The notes: generated by a model not told the origin, from the sequence alone. Positions 17,929 through 26,925 are shown, numbered from the stretch's first letter. The stretch is DNA of 43,196 nucleotides from an uncultured Candidatus Saccharibacteria bacterium (GCA_964387965.1 CAYLXO010000003.1:1-43196); one strand, 5' to 3'. Translations and numbers: made by a program.

Positions 17929-18493
17929 AAAAGATGCGAATTTTTTTATGAAAAATAAAGTACAGGAAAAGTACGTTCCAAGCTACGTAATAGAGTGGAA
18001 AAACTGAATTGGAAAATGTATATGTATCATGCGCAAAAAATATGAGTAGATTCGAAGGAATGTTACAAAAATAATACACCCAATATTCTGTTTTAGGAGA
18101 TTCATACGTTTTGATAAACGCAGGTACTGTACCAATGAAACTTGCAATGATAGATGCAAATACAGCGATAATGGCATGTGAAGAAACCTGCCAAACAATG
18201 ATTCCACATAATGCGACACATAAACAAATGATATCTGTCTTCGTCCAGCCTCCGACACCATGCCAAAGAGTCAAAAGAAATATCGCAAAACTGAATGATG
18301 TATAAATACAGTACACATAGAACGTAGAAAAATCTCCAGCGCTATATAAACCAATAGTACCAAGGCCTAAAATAACTGTTGCTACCAGTCGCGTAACTCT
18401 GTGCGGTTTTGTGTGCCGTTTCAGAATCGAAACAATATAAAAAAGCATGCCGGTTACAGCGATTATAGCGCTCCAAACTACTAAATAATGCAT
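17900..18493 (-). CDS. 7-TM integral membrane protein, first gene of the cell-wall operon
   Basis: Seven hydrophobic segments were read from the translation. No family was recognised. Confidence 0.6.
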   Translation of the reverse strand: MHYLVVWSAIIAVTGMLFYIVSILKRHTKPHRVTRLVATVILGLGTIGLYSAGDFSTFYVYCIYTSFSFAIFLLTLWHGVGGWTKTDIICLCVALCGIIVWQVSSHAIIAVFASIIASFIGTVPAFIKTYESPKTEYWVYYFCNIPSNLLIFFAHDTYTFSNSVFPLYYVAWNVLFLYFIFHKKIRIFFVRNLQSGL

Positions 18494-18499
18494 TTCAGT

Positions 18500-18508
18500 A
18501 TATTAGCA
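18500..18508 (-). promoter_or_regulatory. extended -10 promoter (TGcTAATAT) for the 18493 operon, apparently leaderless
   Basis: On the minus strand: cgTGcTAATAT, then 6 nt and the ATG at 18493. Confidence 0.4.
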
Positions 18509-18546
18509 CGCCACCTTTCTTTGTTTTATAAATAAAACAACATTAT

Positions 18547-18576
18547 TTGACAATATGTCAATATATAGTGTATTAT
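18547..18576 (+). promoter_or_regulatory. strong promoter with embedded palindrome TTGACAATATGTCAA (candidate operator)
   Basis: TTGACA (18547-18552), 18 nt, TATTAT (18571-18576). It is nearly identical to 32386-32414. Confidence 0.6.
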
Positions 18577-18605
18577 GTTAAAAAACAAAAACGCACTTTA
18601 CAACA

Positions 18606-19097
18606 ATGAAAAAGTTCACATTTTGGCTCCTTGTAGCCATCGTATGCGCTTTGAACGTACGCGCACAACAGACGTTCGTGATATTCAACGGGCTCCAGCT
18701 CCCCTTTTCACAGTACAAAATGGTGAATTGGGTGCCTGATGAAGAAGCCAATCGTAGCATGAAAGTTGTAGCTACTGGCTACAACGATACAAATGCGACC
18801 GTTATCTTCAATACAAGCGATGGCGGAACTGCGACTGCATACGGCTTCGACCTGAAACTGTTCCTGAAAAAGGTAGCCGCTGAAGAAAAAAATGAAGACC
18901 GGTATTACGATATCGGCGAGGACCGGCCACTTCAGGATGAGGATGGCCAGTACTATCGTCAGTTCGATATTGGCGATCCATCCAAATTTTTCTTGCTGGA
19001 CGGCCCGCTATCAGATTTCGACCCTGATCATCAGGGTCATGTAGATGTATATATTGTACACAACAAATCTACACCCCCTATCGCTCTAAATGAATAA
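18606..19097 (+). CDS. secreted hypothetical protein (signal peptide, acidic C-terminal half)
   Basis: MKKFTFWLLVAIVCALNVRAQQ signal peptide. Its codon usage is GC-richer than the neighbouring genes. Confidence 0.65.
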   Translation: MKKFTFWLLVAIVCALNVRAQQTFVIFNGLQLPFSQYKMVNWVPDEEANRSMKVVATGYNDTNATVIFNTSDGGTATAYGFDLKLFLKKVAAEEKNEDRYYDIGEDRPLQDEDGQYYRQFDIGDPSKFFLLDGPLSDFDPDHQGHVDVYIVHNKSTPPIALNE

Positions 19098-19103
19098 GAG
19101 CAC

Positions 19104-19150
19104 CTTTCGCAAAATGCGAAAGAAAAAGCGACACATTGTGTCGCTTTTTC
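19104..19150 (+). terminator. tandem hairpins terminating the 18606 gene
   Basis: CTTTCGC-aaaat-GCGAAAG, then AGCGACAC-att-GTGTCGCT followed by TTTT. Confidence 0.7.
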
Positions 19151-19157
19151 TATTATG

Positions 19158-19240
19158 TGCGCCGGGTAGGATTCGAACCTACGAAGACCGAAGTCGACAG
19201 ATTTACAGTCTGTTGTGATTGACCACTCCACCACCGACGC
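19158..19240 (-). tRNA. trnY(GUA): tRNA-Tyr (anticodon GUA), long variable arm, no encoded CCA
   Basis: In the reverse complement: acceptor GCGTCGG/CCGGCGC, anticodon arm ACAGA-CTGTAAA-TCTGT, T arm GTAGG-TTCGAAT-CCTAC, discriminator A. Confidence 0.88.
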
Positions 19241-19250
19241 GCTGATAGGA

Positions 19251-19278
19251 AGTATACACATTTTTTATGTTTTTTCAA
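19251..19278 (-). promoter_or_regulatory. tRNA-Tyr promoter TTGAAA-N16-TATACT
   Basis: On the minus strand: TTGAAA (19278-19273), 16 nt, TATACT (19256-19251), lying 10 nt before the tRNA 5' end. Confidence 0.55.
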
Positions 19279-19283
19279 TAAAC

Positions 19284-19317
19284 TTATAAACGGTCACCGA
19301 ATAGTGACCGTTTATAA
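19284..19317 (-). terminator. hairpin downstream of clpB
   Basis: Perfect 14-bp stem TTATAAACGGTCAC-cgaata-GTGACCGTTTATAA. On the minus strand it is followed by GTTTATT. Confidence 0.6.
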
Positions 19318-19343
19318 ATTCAAAGAAATAACACCTAACAAAT

Positions 19344-22040
19344 TTACACCTGTAATGTTTTTTTACTTTTTGCAATAAGAGAGCTTTTTACTTTTTTACT
19401 TGCTTTCTTAATTTCAACTGCGATTTCTCCATCTTTAGCAATTACTTTCACGATATCTCCTTTTCCAACACCGTTTCCAATAATCGCAGATGCAACTGGG
19501 TTAAGAATTTTTGTTTGAATCAAGCGATTAAGTGGTCGTGCGCCATAGTGAGGGTCATACCCAGTACGTCCAAGCACATCGAGTGCATCCTGTGAAATAT
19601 CAAGGCTGATACCCTTTCCAAACAATCTATCGGCAACAACTTTTGTGCGGAGTGTAACAATATCTCGGATTGCTTCTTTTCCAAGCACATCAAAGAGAAC
19701 AATTTCATCGATACGGTTCAAAAATTCTGGTCGAAAATGATCTTTGAGCGCATCAAGAACTTTACCTTTCACATGCTCGTATTCAATCTTCTCAGAATTA
19801 TTGGTAAAGCCCATTGTTTCCATTTTTTCAACAAACTGACTACCAATATTACTTGTCATAATAATGATAGTGTTCTTGAAATTCACGATACGTCCTTTTC
19901 CGTCAGTAAGACGCCCGTCATCAAGCACTTGTAGCAATAGATTGAACACTTCTGGATGAGCCTTTTCAATTTCATCAAATAGTACAACTGCGTACGGACG
20001 ATGACGCACTGCTTCAGTAAGCTGACCTGACTCTTCGTACCCAACATATCCTGGTGGAGAGCCCACAAGCTTTGAAGTTGAATGACGTTCCATATACTCA
20101 GACATATCTACACGGATAAGCGCTTTTTCGTCGTTAAACATAAACTCAGCAAGTGATTTTGTGAGCTCAGTTTTTCCTACACCAGTTGGACCGAGGAAAA
20201 TAAACGAACCAATCGGACGATTTGGATCAGCGATTCCGGCCCGTGCACGACGAACAACATCTGAGACACGCTTGATTGCATCGGCTTGCCCGACAACGCG
20301 CTTCCCAAGCTCATCTTCCATGCGCTCAAGCTTTGCGCGTTCCTCTTCAAGCATTCGCGCAAGCGGTATACCTGTCCAGCGTGCAACGACTTCTGCAATA
20401 TCTTCGGTTGTGATTTCTTCTTTCAAAATTCGACGAGACTTCTGAAGCTTCTTCAAACGAGCGAGCTTTTGATCGAGTTCTTTGGAAAGAGTTGGAATAC
20501 GTCCATATCGAATTTCTGCCGCTTTTGTAAGGTCGGCACGAAGCTCTGCATTGTCTGCATCAACACGAAGTCCTTCGAGCTCTTTTTTGATTTCCCGAAT
20601 TTCAGATACAAGAACTTTCTCGTTTTGCCACTTAAGCTCAATTTCTTTTGTTTTTTCTTTGTGGTTTGCGATTTCTTTCTCTATTTCTTTAATGCGTGCT
20701 TTTGTTTCCTTAACATCAAGATTTGCGTGAGCATCTACTTCTTTTTTAAGTGCTTCGCGTTCAACTTCGAGTCGCATCACTTTTCGATGTGCTTCCTCAA
20801 GTACTGGTGGCTTGTTTTCAAGTGCGATGCGAAGTGCACTTGCTGCTTCATCGATAAGATCAATTGCTTTATCTGGCAAGTAGCGATTGGTAATATAGCG
20901 AGTAGAAAAGTTTACTGCAGATATAATCGCATCATCAGTAATGCGTACACCATGATACACTTCATACTTTTCTTTAAGTCCACGCAAGATTGCGATTGCA
21001 TCTTCACTTGATGGTTCATCAACATACACTGGCTGAAAACGACGTGCGAGTGCAGGATCTTTTTCAATATACTTTTGGTATTCTTTGAGAGTTGTTGCTC
21101 CAATTGCTCGAAGTTCACCACGCGCAAGTGCTGGCTTTAGCATATTCGATGCATCAAGTGAGCCTTCACTTGCCCCAGCACCTACCAGAGTGTGAATTTC
21201 ATCAACAAACAAAATTATTTTTCCATCAGCACGCTCGACTTCTTTCATGATTTGCTTCAAGCGTTCCTCAAATTCTCCACGGTATTTTGTCCCTGCGAGG
21301 AGTGATCCGAGATCGAGAGACACAATTTCTTTATCTTTAAGTGATTCTGAAATATCCCCTTTTGCGATTCTGTTTGCAAGACCTTCAACAACGGCAGTCT
21401 TACCTGTCCCTGCTTCTCCAATCAATATTGGATTGTTTTTTGTTCTACGAGAAAGAATCTGCATGATGCGCATAATTTCAACATCACGTCCGATAACAGG
21501 ATCGAGTTTGTCCTCACGAGCAAGCTTTGTGAGGTTGCGTGTATATTTTGTGAGCATGCGAGCTTTCTTTGGACTCTCAGCATCACGTACATCACCCTGC
21601 TTCAATTCTTCAAGCACACGCATCACAGGCTCTTTTCCGAGTCTAAAACGAGAAAGAATTTCACGTGTCTCTCCTGGAACTTCAAGTATTGAAAGGAAGA
21701 GATGTTCTGTTGAAACAAATTCATCTTTCATGCTCGCTGCAATTTTTGAAGACTGTTCGATTGCCTGTGCAAGATCTGGCGTAAGATATATTTGGTAACT
21801 TGGAGAAAGTGTTCGTGCGCTTTCAGGTGCTTCGATAGATTCAAGTATTGTATCGGTAAGAAGTACTGTATCTACATCGAGTTTATCCAATATAGAAATA
21901 ACCATCGACTCTTCTTGGGTCAATAGCGCAGTAAGCAAGTGAAGTGATGAGACGTGATTCTGACCACGTTCGATAGCAAATTCGTGTGCTCTACGAATTG
22001 CTTCTTTTGCTTTTGTTGTGAAATGATTGAATGGTGGCAT
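19344..22040 (-). CDS. clpB: ATP-dependent chaperone/disaggregase ClpB
   Basis: Clp N-domain, NBD1 GEAGTGKT, a long coiled-coil M-domain, NBD2 GPTGVGKT, and no ClpP-binding IGF loop noticed. Confidence 0.93.
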   Translation of the reverse strand: MPPFNHFTTKAKEAIRRAHEFAIERGQNHVSSLHLLTALLTQEESMVISILDKLDVDTVLLTDTILESIEAPESARTLSPSYQIYLTPDLAQAIEQSSKIAASMKDEFVSTEHLFLSILEVPGETREILSRFRLGKEPVMRVLEELKQGDVRDAESPKKARMLTKYTRNLTKLAREDKLDPVIGRDVEIMRIMQILSRRTKNNPILIGEAGTGKTAVVEGLANRIAKGDISESLKDKEIVSLDLGSLLAGTKYRGEFEERLKQIMKEVERADGKIILFVDEIHTLVGAGASEGSLDASNMLKPALARGELRAIGATTLKEYQKYIEKDPALARRFQPVYVDEPSSEDAIAILRGLKEKYEVYHGVRITDDAIISAVNFSTRYITNRYLPDKAIDLIDEAASALRIALENKPPVLEEAHRKVMRLEVEREALKKEVDAHANLDVKETKARIKEIEKEIANHKEKTKEIELKWQNEKVLVSEIREIKKELEGLRVDADNAELRADLTKAAEIRYGRIPTLSKELDQKLARLKKLQKSRRILKEEITTEDIAEVVARWTGIPLARMLEEERAKLERMEDELGKRVVGQADAIKRVSDVVRRARAGIADPNRPIGSFIFLGPTGVGKTELTKSLAEFMFNDEKALIRVDMSEYMERHSTSKLVGSPPGYVGYEESGQLTEAVRHRPYAVVLFDEIEKAHPEVFNLLLQVLDDGRLTDGKGRIVNFKNTIIIMTSNIGSQFVEKMETMGFTNNSEKIEYEHVKGKVLDALKDHFRPEFLNRIDEIVLFDVLGKEAIRDIVTLRTKVVADRLFGKGISLDISQDALDVLGRTGYDPHYGARPLNRLIQTKILNPVASAIIGNGVGKGDIVKVIAKDGEIAVEIKKASKKVKSSLIAKSKKTLQV

Positions 22041-22088
22041 AGATGGAAAATATTAATTCTTAATGTCTACGTTTCTAATCTCGCCCGA

Positions 22089-22117
22089 AATGTAAAGTAA
22101 AGTTGTTTGTCTGTCAA
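22089..22117 (-). promoter_or_regulatory. candidate clpB promoter with a ~50-nt leader
   Basis: On the minus strand: TTGACA (22117-22112), 17 nt, TACATT (22094-22089). Confidence 0.4.
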
Positions 22118-22975
22118 TTATTCGGTGGCCGGTAGAGCCTGTGCGCTAAGAGCGGGTTTTGCAGGATTTTTGACTGCTTCTGTAACTGCTTTTTCTATTG
22201 TACCGATTCCGATTATTTGTGTACCCATATCTCCTTTTGGTAAAACCATTCCAATCGCATCTCCGTCGACATTCACTACGAGTGAACCAATGGCTGAAAG
22301 CGGTTGTAATGAGCCTGTACTGATCACTTTCCACGAAGTAAGTACTTTTCCAGCTTCATCTTTTTCTTCCTTTTGAAGAATGGATTGAATAATATCTTTT
22401 GAAATAAATGAACTATCTACAATAGCAATCGTTTGCCCTGATTTATTCTCGGTGTCTTTTCCGAGAGACACAACTGGAAATGTTTTTAATTCATCAGGCT
22501 TACTTGCAATTAAGGTAGAAAATCCAAACGGTGATTGAGAAAATATCTTCGCTTCAATTTTCTTTTCACCCACAGAAAGCTGATATGTTTTTGCAATATC
22601 AAGACCAAATGACGATGCTACAAATACTCCACTTCCAAAATAATACGAATCAAGTGCTGGGATTGTTGCATCCTGACTGAGAATAATAGGAGCAATAGTT
22701 GAGCGCACTTTTTCAATCGCATCAACAATCAAATCATCTTCCTTAATAACAACAGTCTGCGTTTTACCAGGAGTGTAGTCTGGGACAACTTTTTCGATAG
22801 TATGTTGAACAACGCGGTTTATGGTCTGATTAACTGCAGGTGATGCTTGTTGCATAAGTGTTACGGTTACAATTCCTGTTGCAATCGAAACAACAAACGA
22901 AAGAAGAATCGCAAGTAGTATAAGTTGCGTCTTGTTCAAATCTTTTATTTCTACTGGTTTAATCTCGTTATCCAT
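22118..22975 (-). CDS. membrane-anchored trypsin/HtrA-like domain protein with an apparently degenerate catalytic triad
   Basis: One N-terminal TM helix. GSGVFVAS and GSLVVNVDGDAIGMV resemble S1C GSGFIV and GGPLVNxxGxVIGI, but no His, Asp or GNSGG serine is seen at the expected positions. Confidence 0.45.
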   Translation of the reverse strand: MDNEIKPVEIKDLNKTQLILLAILLSFVVSIATGIVTVTLMQQASPAVNQTINRVVQHTIEKVVPDYTPGKTQTVVIKEDDLIVDAIEKVRSTIAPIILSQDATIPALDSYYFGSGVFVASSFGLDIAKTYQLSVGEKKIEAKIFSQSPFGFSTLIASKPDELKTFPVVSLGKDTENKSGQTIAIVDSSFISKDIIQSILQKEEKDEAGKVLTSWKVISTGSLQPLSAIGSLVVNVDGDAIGMVLPKGDMGTQIIGIGTIEKAVTEAVKNPAKPALSAQALPATE

Positions 22976-23005
22976 ACGTGCATTATATCATGTGGGTCAA
23001 ATTTA

Positions 23006-24214
23006 CTAAGGCAATACAACGTTACTCTGTTCGTATTTTTTAAAAATCGCTTTTAAAGCATTTAGTGCTCGTGTAATATCACGTTTTTTTGTTTTATATC
23101 CCATAGAAAATCGTACGGTACCCCATTTTTGTTCTTCGGTACCATACAATGCTGAGATAACATGTGACGCTTTGTCATGCGCACTATCACACGCACTTCC
23201 TGCAGAAACAGAAATTCCTTTTGCATCAAGTTCAATTACAAGTAGCTCGCTGTCGAAATTTTTAAACGATGCATTCACGTTGTTTGGTAATCGTTCAGTC
23301 ATACTTCCATTAATACGCGCATGCGGAAATACTTTTGTAAGTTCGGCAAAAAAATAATCCCTAAGATGTTGTAAGCGAATATGCTCATGCGATGCATGTT
23401 TTCGTGCGTGTAGTAACGCATGTGCAAATCCATAGACAGCCGAAACATTTTCTGTACCAGAACGAATTCCTTTTTCCTGACCACCACCATAAACAAGAGG
23501 CGCAATTTCAACACCGCGTTTTACATACAGAAGTCCAGTTCCCCGCGGCCCACCAAGTTTTGTTCCATTACATGAAAGCAAATCGACACCGAGTCTATCT
23601 ACTTGAATATCTAGATACATACTTGCTTGGGCAGCATCTATATGAAAATACGGATACCCGCTATTTCTATTTTTTCGAAAATGCCTGATTTCTTTTGCTA
23701 TTTCACGTATTGGTTGTACAACGCCTATCTCACTGTTGGCATATCCGATACTAACGAGAACGGTATTTTCTGTTAGTGCGTTACGCACATCGTTTGGATT
23801 AATAAGTCCATCAATACCTACCGGTACGTATGTTACAGTTGCTCCAACCGTTTCTAAATGCTGACACGCAGAAAGCACCGCTTGATGCTCAATTACCGAC
23901 GTAATGATATGAACAGGTTTTTGAGGATCAGAAAGTTTGATGTGTTTAAAAATTCCAAAAATCGCCATATTCACCGATTCGGTACCGCTTCCAGTAAAAA
24001 TGATTTCATCAGAATGAGCAGAAAAAGCACCGGCACAATCGGCACGTGCACTATCTAATAACACGCGCGAAGCTCGACCATCTGCATGTATTGAGCTTGG
24101 ATTACCGTAAAAACGGTCCGCATACTTACGTGCGTGTCGAGACACGGCTGTTTCAGGTGCGCCTGCAGCATAATCCAGATAGACACTATTGGCTTTTTTC
24201 CCTTTGAAATTCAT
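23006..24214 (-). CDS. cysteine desulfurase (class V aminotransferase, NifS/IscS-like)
   Basis: GTESVNMAI, HIDAAQA, the PLP-lysine region SCNGTKLGGPRGTGLLYV and the catalytic Cys loop SAGSACDS. The start is taken at MNFKGKK (24214). Confidence 0.85.
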   Translation of the reverse strand: MNFKGKKANSVYLDYAAGAPETAVSRHARKYADRFYGNPSSIHADGRASRVLLDSARADCAGAFSAHSDEIIFTGSGTESVNMAIFGIFKHIKLSDPQKPVHIITSVIEHQAVLSACQHLETVGATVTYVPVGIDGLINPNDVRNALTENTVLVSIGYANSEIGVVQPIREIAKEIRHFRKNRNSGYPYFHIDAAQASMYLDIQVDRLGVDLLSCNGTKLGGPRGTGLLYVKRGVEIAPLVYGGGQEKGIRSGTENVSAVYGFAHALLHARKHASHEHIRLQHLRDYFFAELTKVFPHARINGSMTERLPNNVNASFKNFDSELLVIELDAKGISVSAGSACDSAHDKASHVISALYGTEEQKWGTVRFSMGYKTKKRDITRALNALKAIFKKYEQSNVVLP

Positions 24215-24231
24215 AGAATTTAGTATATACT
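24204..24231 (+). promoter_or_regulatory. promoter TTGAAA-N16-TATACT for the DUF4446-infB-rbfA-tRNA operon; its -10 lies in a palindrome that also gives a minus-strand -10
   Basis: TTGAAA (24204-24209) and TATACT (24226-24231). AGTATATACT (24222-24231) is self-complementary. The distance to the ATG is 9 nt on the plus strand and 7 nt on the minus strand. Confidence 0.5.
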
Positions 24232-24240
24232 CGCATTCGT

Positions 24241-24705
24241 ATGAGCACAAATTTCGTCATTATTTTTGGCGTTCTTTTCTTGCTAATAGCGGTGGCACTC
24301 GCCTTTATTATTCGCGTTGAAATGAGACTTAAAAAACTCTTCCGTGGTAGTAAAGCTGAAAGTCTTGAAGAACTCATGAAAAGCCTCTCACTACATGCAG
24401 ATCATACAGACGAAACGATCAAGGACCATTTTAACCGGATCGAAACGCTTCGTATAAAATTGGAAAAACAAGGACATGGCATAAAGCTTATTCGCTTTAA
24501 CCCATTTACAGATGTAGGAGGAAACCAGAGTTTTGCTGTTGGGATTGTAAATTCTGAAGGAGATGGTGTTGTATTTTCAAGTTTGTATTCTCGTGAACGA
24601 ATGAGCGTTTTCGCAAAACCAGTAAAGAATGGTGCGTCAGACATTGAATTGTCGCCAGAAGAACAAAACGTAATTACAGAAGCAGCTAACGAAGCAAAGA
24701 AGTAA
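24241..24705 (+). CDS. DUF4446-like membrane-anchored protein
   Basis: N-terminal TM helix, then IKLIRFNPFTDVGGNQSFAVGIVNSEGDGVVFSSLYSRERMSVFAKPV. This matches my memory of the DUF4446 core. Confidence 0.55.
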   Translation: MSTNFVIIFGVLFLLIAVALAFIIRVEMRLKKLFRGSKAESLEELMKSLSLHADHTDETIKDHFNRIETLRIKLEKQGHGIKLIRFNPFTDVGGNQSFAVGIVNSEGDGVVFSSLYSRERMSVFAKPVKNGASDIELSPEEQNVITEAANEAKK

Positions 24706-24710
24706 ACACT

Positions 24711-26222
24711 ATGAAGCATGGTGGAGGAACAACTGAACAAACATCCCGACCACCTATCGTAGTGGTTATGGGACATGTCGACCATGGAAAGTCGACTCTT
24801 TTGGATTATATTCGTAAAACAAATATTGTTGCAGGAGAGGCTGGAGGTATTACTCAACATCTTTCTGCCTATGTTGTAGCACACAAAGATCAAGAGGGCC
24901 GTGATCGTACTATCACCTTTTTGGACACTCCAGGACACGAAGCATTCAAAGGTATGCGAAGTCGCGGAGCAAAAGCGGCAGACATCGCTATTCTTGTTGT
25001 TTCAGCAGAAGACTCAGTAAAAGCACAAACACTTGAAGCCTGGAAAAGTATCACTGAAGCTGGACTCCCCTTTGTTGTGGCGATCAATAAAATTGATCGT
25101 CCAAATGCAAATCCGGAAAAAGTTAAAATGGATTTGTCTGAAAAAGGAATTTATCTTGAAGGATTTGGTGGTGATATTCCATTCGCGCTTATTTCTGCAA
25201 AAACTGGTGAAGGTATTGATTCTCTCCTTGAGACGGTACTGCTAGTGGCAGATATTGCAGATTTTAAAGGAAACCGAGACACAGAAGCCGAGGGAATTGT
25301 CATCGAATCTCATCTTGACCCTAAGCGCGGAATCACAGCGACACTTATTGTTCATAACGGAACGCTTACAAAAGGCAGATTTATCACTTGTGGTACTGCG
25401 CTTGTTGGAACACGAATGATGCAAGACTTTCGAGGAAAAACTATTGAAAGTGCAACGCTTTCTGAACCAGTCGGAATCGTCGGATGGAGTGAAATGCCTC
25501 CTGTTGGTGAACTGTTTATGGCTTTTCCAACAAAAAAAGAGGCTGAAACCGCAATTGCAGAATACAAAGAAAATCTCGCTTCAGGCAAAAAACAACACAC
25601 CGGAGGTGCAAGCGATATAAAGCGTATTCCAATTATCATCCGCACAGATACCGCCGGAACCCTTGATGCTGTTGTGTCACAAATCGAAAAGCTTACAAAA
25701 CCAACAATCGGTTGGAAAATTCTCTCATCAGGTGTTGGAACAATCAGTGAAGTAGATATCAAGCTTGCAAGTATTGATTCAGATACAATTATCGTGGGAT
25801 TTAATACAAAAGTTGATCCACGCGCACGCGAACTCAACGAGCAAACTCATATTCCAATAACTGTTTTTGACATTATCTATAAACTCTCAGAATATTTGGA
25901 GGAAATCCAGGAAACTCGCCGACCGCGCGTAGAAGTAGTAAAAGTTGCAGGTGTACTTAAATGCCAAAAATTCTTCTCGAAAACAAAAGAACGTCAGGTT
26001 ATCGGAGGAACAGTACAGACTGGCGAAATTGAAGTCGGGAATGAAGTACGAATTTTGCGTCGCGAAAATGAAATTGGTACTGGAACGATAGTGGGTCTTG
26101 AGCAAAATCGTGTAAAAACAAAAAATGTTGGTACAGGATTCCCTTGCGGTGCTCTTATCGAATCACGTATTGAAATTGCTCCTGGTGACATGATTGAGGC
26201 AATAACAAAAGAAGTATCATAA
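24711..26222 (+). CDS. infB: translation initiation factor IF-2, short N-terminus
   Basis: G domain GHVDHGKSTLLD, DTPGHEAF and NKID, followed by the IF2 domains. At 503 aa it begins almost directly at the G domain. Confidence 0.92.
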   Translation: MKHGGGTTEQTSRPPIVVVMGHVDHGKSTLLDYIRKTNIVAGEAGGITQHLSAYVVAHKDQEGRDRTITFLDTPGHEAFKGMRSRGAKAADIAILVVSAEDSVKAQTLEAWKSITEAGLPFVVAINKIDRPNANPEKVKMDLSEKGIYLEGFGGDIPFALISAKTGEGIDSLLETVLLVADIADFKGNRDTEAEGIVIESHLDPKRGITATLIVHNGTLTKGRFITCGTALVGTRMMQDFRGKTIESATLSEPVGIVGWSEMPPVGELFMAFPTKKEAETAIAEYKENLASGKKQHTGGASDIKRIPIIIRTDTAGTLDAVVSQIEKLTKPTIGWKILSSGVGTISEVDIKLASIDSDTIIVGFNTKVDPRARELNEQTHIPITVFDIIYKLSEYLEEIQETRRPRVEVVKVAGVLKCQKFFSKTKERQVIGGTVQTGEIEVGNEVRILRRENEIGTGTIVGLEQNRVKTKNVGTGFPCGALIESRIEIAPGDMIEAITKEVS

Positions 26223-26551
26223 TGGAAAAACGAGACAATCACACTGAAAAATTAGAGTCTGCGATTACACGCGAAGCTGCGATGTTTTTTGAACGTGAAG
26301 GAAATCGCACAGCGCTTATTACTGTTACAAAAACTATTCTAACGAAGCGCGGTAATGGTGCAACTCTTTTTGTTTCAGTATTTCCAGAAGACAAAGAAAA
26401 AGCTGGCCTTGATTTTGTCGAACGTAATCTTGGTGAACTCCGTCATGTGCTAAAAGAGAAGATTCGCTCACGTGCTATCCCTACCCTTCGTGTTGTGCCA
26501 GACCACGGAGAGAAAGAACGTGACCATATTAGAAATCTTTTGAAAGAATAG
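26222..26551 (+). CDS. rbfA: ribosome-binding factor A
   Basis: Its size, its position after infB with a TAATG overlap, and the KH-like core LITVTKTILTKRGNGATLFVSVF. Confidence 0.7.
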   Translation: MEKRDNHTEKLESAITREAAMFFEREGNRTALITVTKTILTKRGNGATLFVSVFPEDKEKAGLDFVERNLGELRHVLKEKIRSRAIPTLRVVPDHGEKERDHIRNLLKE

Positions 26552-26577
26552 ATTTTACTGATATATTCTGTATGACC

Positions 26578-26649
26578 GGCCTGGTCGACAAGTGGTAAGT
26601 CAAGGGTCTGCAAAACCCTTATACGCGGGTTCGATTCCCGCCCAGGCCT
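26578..26649 (+). tRNA. trnC(GCA): tRNA-Cys (anticodon GCA), discriminator U, no encoded CCA
   Basis: Acceptor GGCCTGG/CCAGGCC, anticodon arm AGGGT-CTGCAAA-ACCCT, T arm GCGGG-TTCGATT-CCCGC. Confidence 0.88.
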
Positions 26650-26726
26650 CCCTAAAACATTCACCTCGCGAATGTTCGGGTGACTATTTCGCTCGCGAAA
26701 TGTTTTAGCCAAACATAAATCGTAAT

Positions 26727-26811
26727 GCCCGAGTGGTGTAATGGTAGCCACGAGAGACTTAAAATTTCTTGGCCGTAAAAGGCCGTGTGGGTTCGAGTCC
26801 CACCTCGGGCA
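26727..26811 (+). tRNA. trnL(UAA): tRNA-Leu (anticodon UAA), type II, no encoded CCA
   Basis: Acceptor GCCCGAG/CTCGGGC, anticodon arm AGAGA-CTTAAAA-TTTCT, variable arm TGGCCGTAAAAGGCCGT, T arm GTGGG-TTCGAGT-CCCAC. Confidence 0.88.
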
Positions 26812-26925
26812 CAGTGAACAAAGTGAACTGAGCGAGAGCAAGCAAACTGCTTTGCTTGCGTGGGGGACTCGAAAGGAATTTCGTTACGAGCTCGCGAGTC
26901 GAAATTCACCTGACTATGTTATAGA

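Noticed and set aside
19037-19261. A 74-aa minus-strand ORF.
   Set aside because: It is essentially the tRNA-Tyr gene and its flanks read as protein.
20286-21011. A 241-aa plus-strand ORF antisense to clpB, along with other antisense ORFs inside clpB.
   Set aside because: The Phe/Cys/Lys-rich low-complexity translation is typical of the reverse strand of a Lys/Glu-rich coiled-coil region, and clpB coding is unambiguous.
24402-25837. Antisense ORFs 24402..24938 (178 aa) and 25352..25837 (161 aa).
   Set aside because: They lie opposite the clearly homologous DUF4446-like and infB genes. No motifs were seen, and the composition is a mirror artefact.
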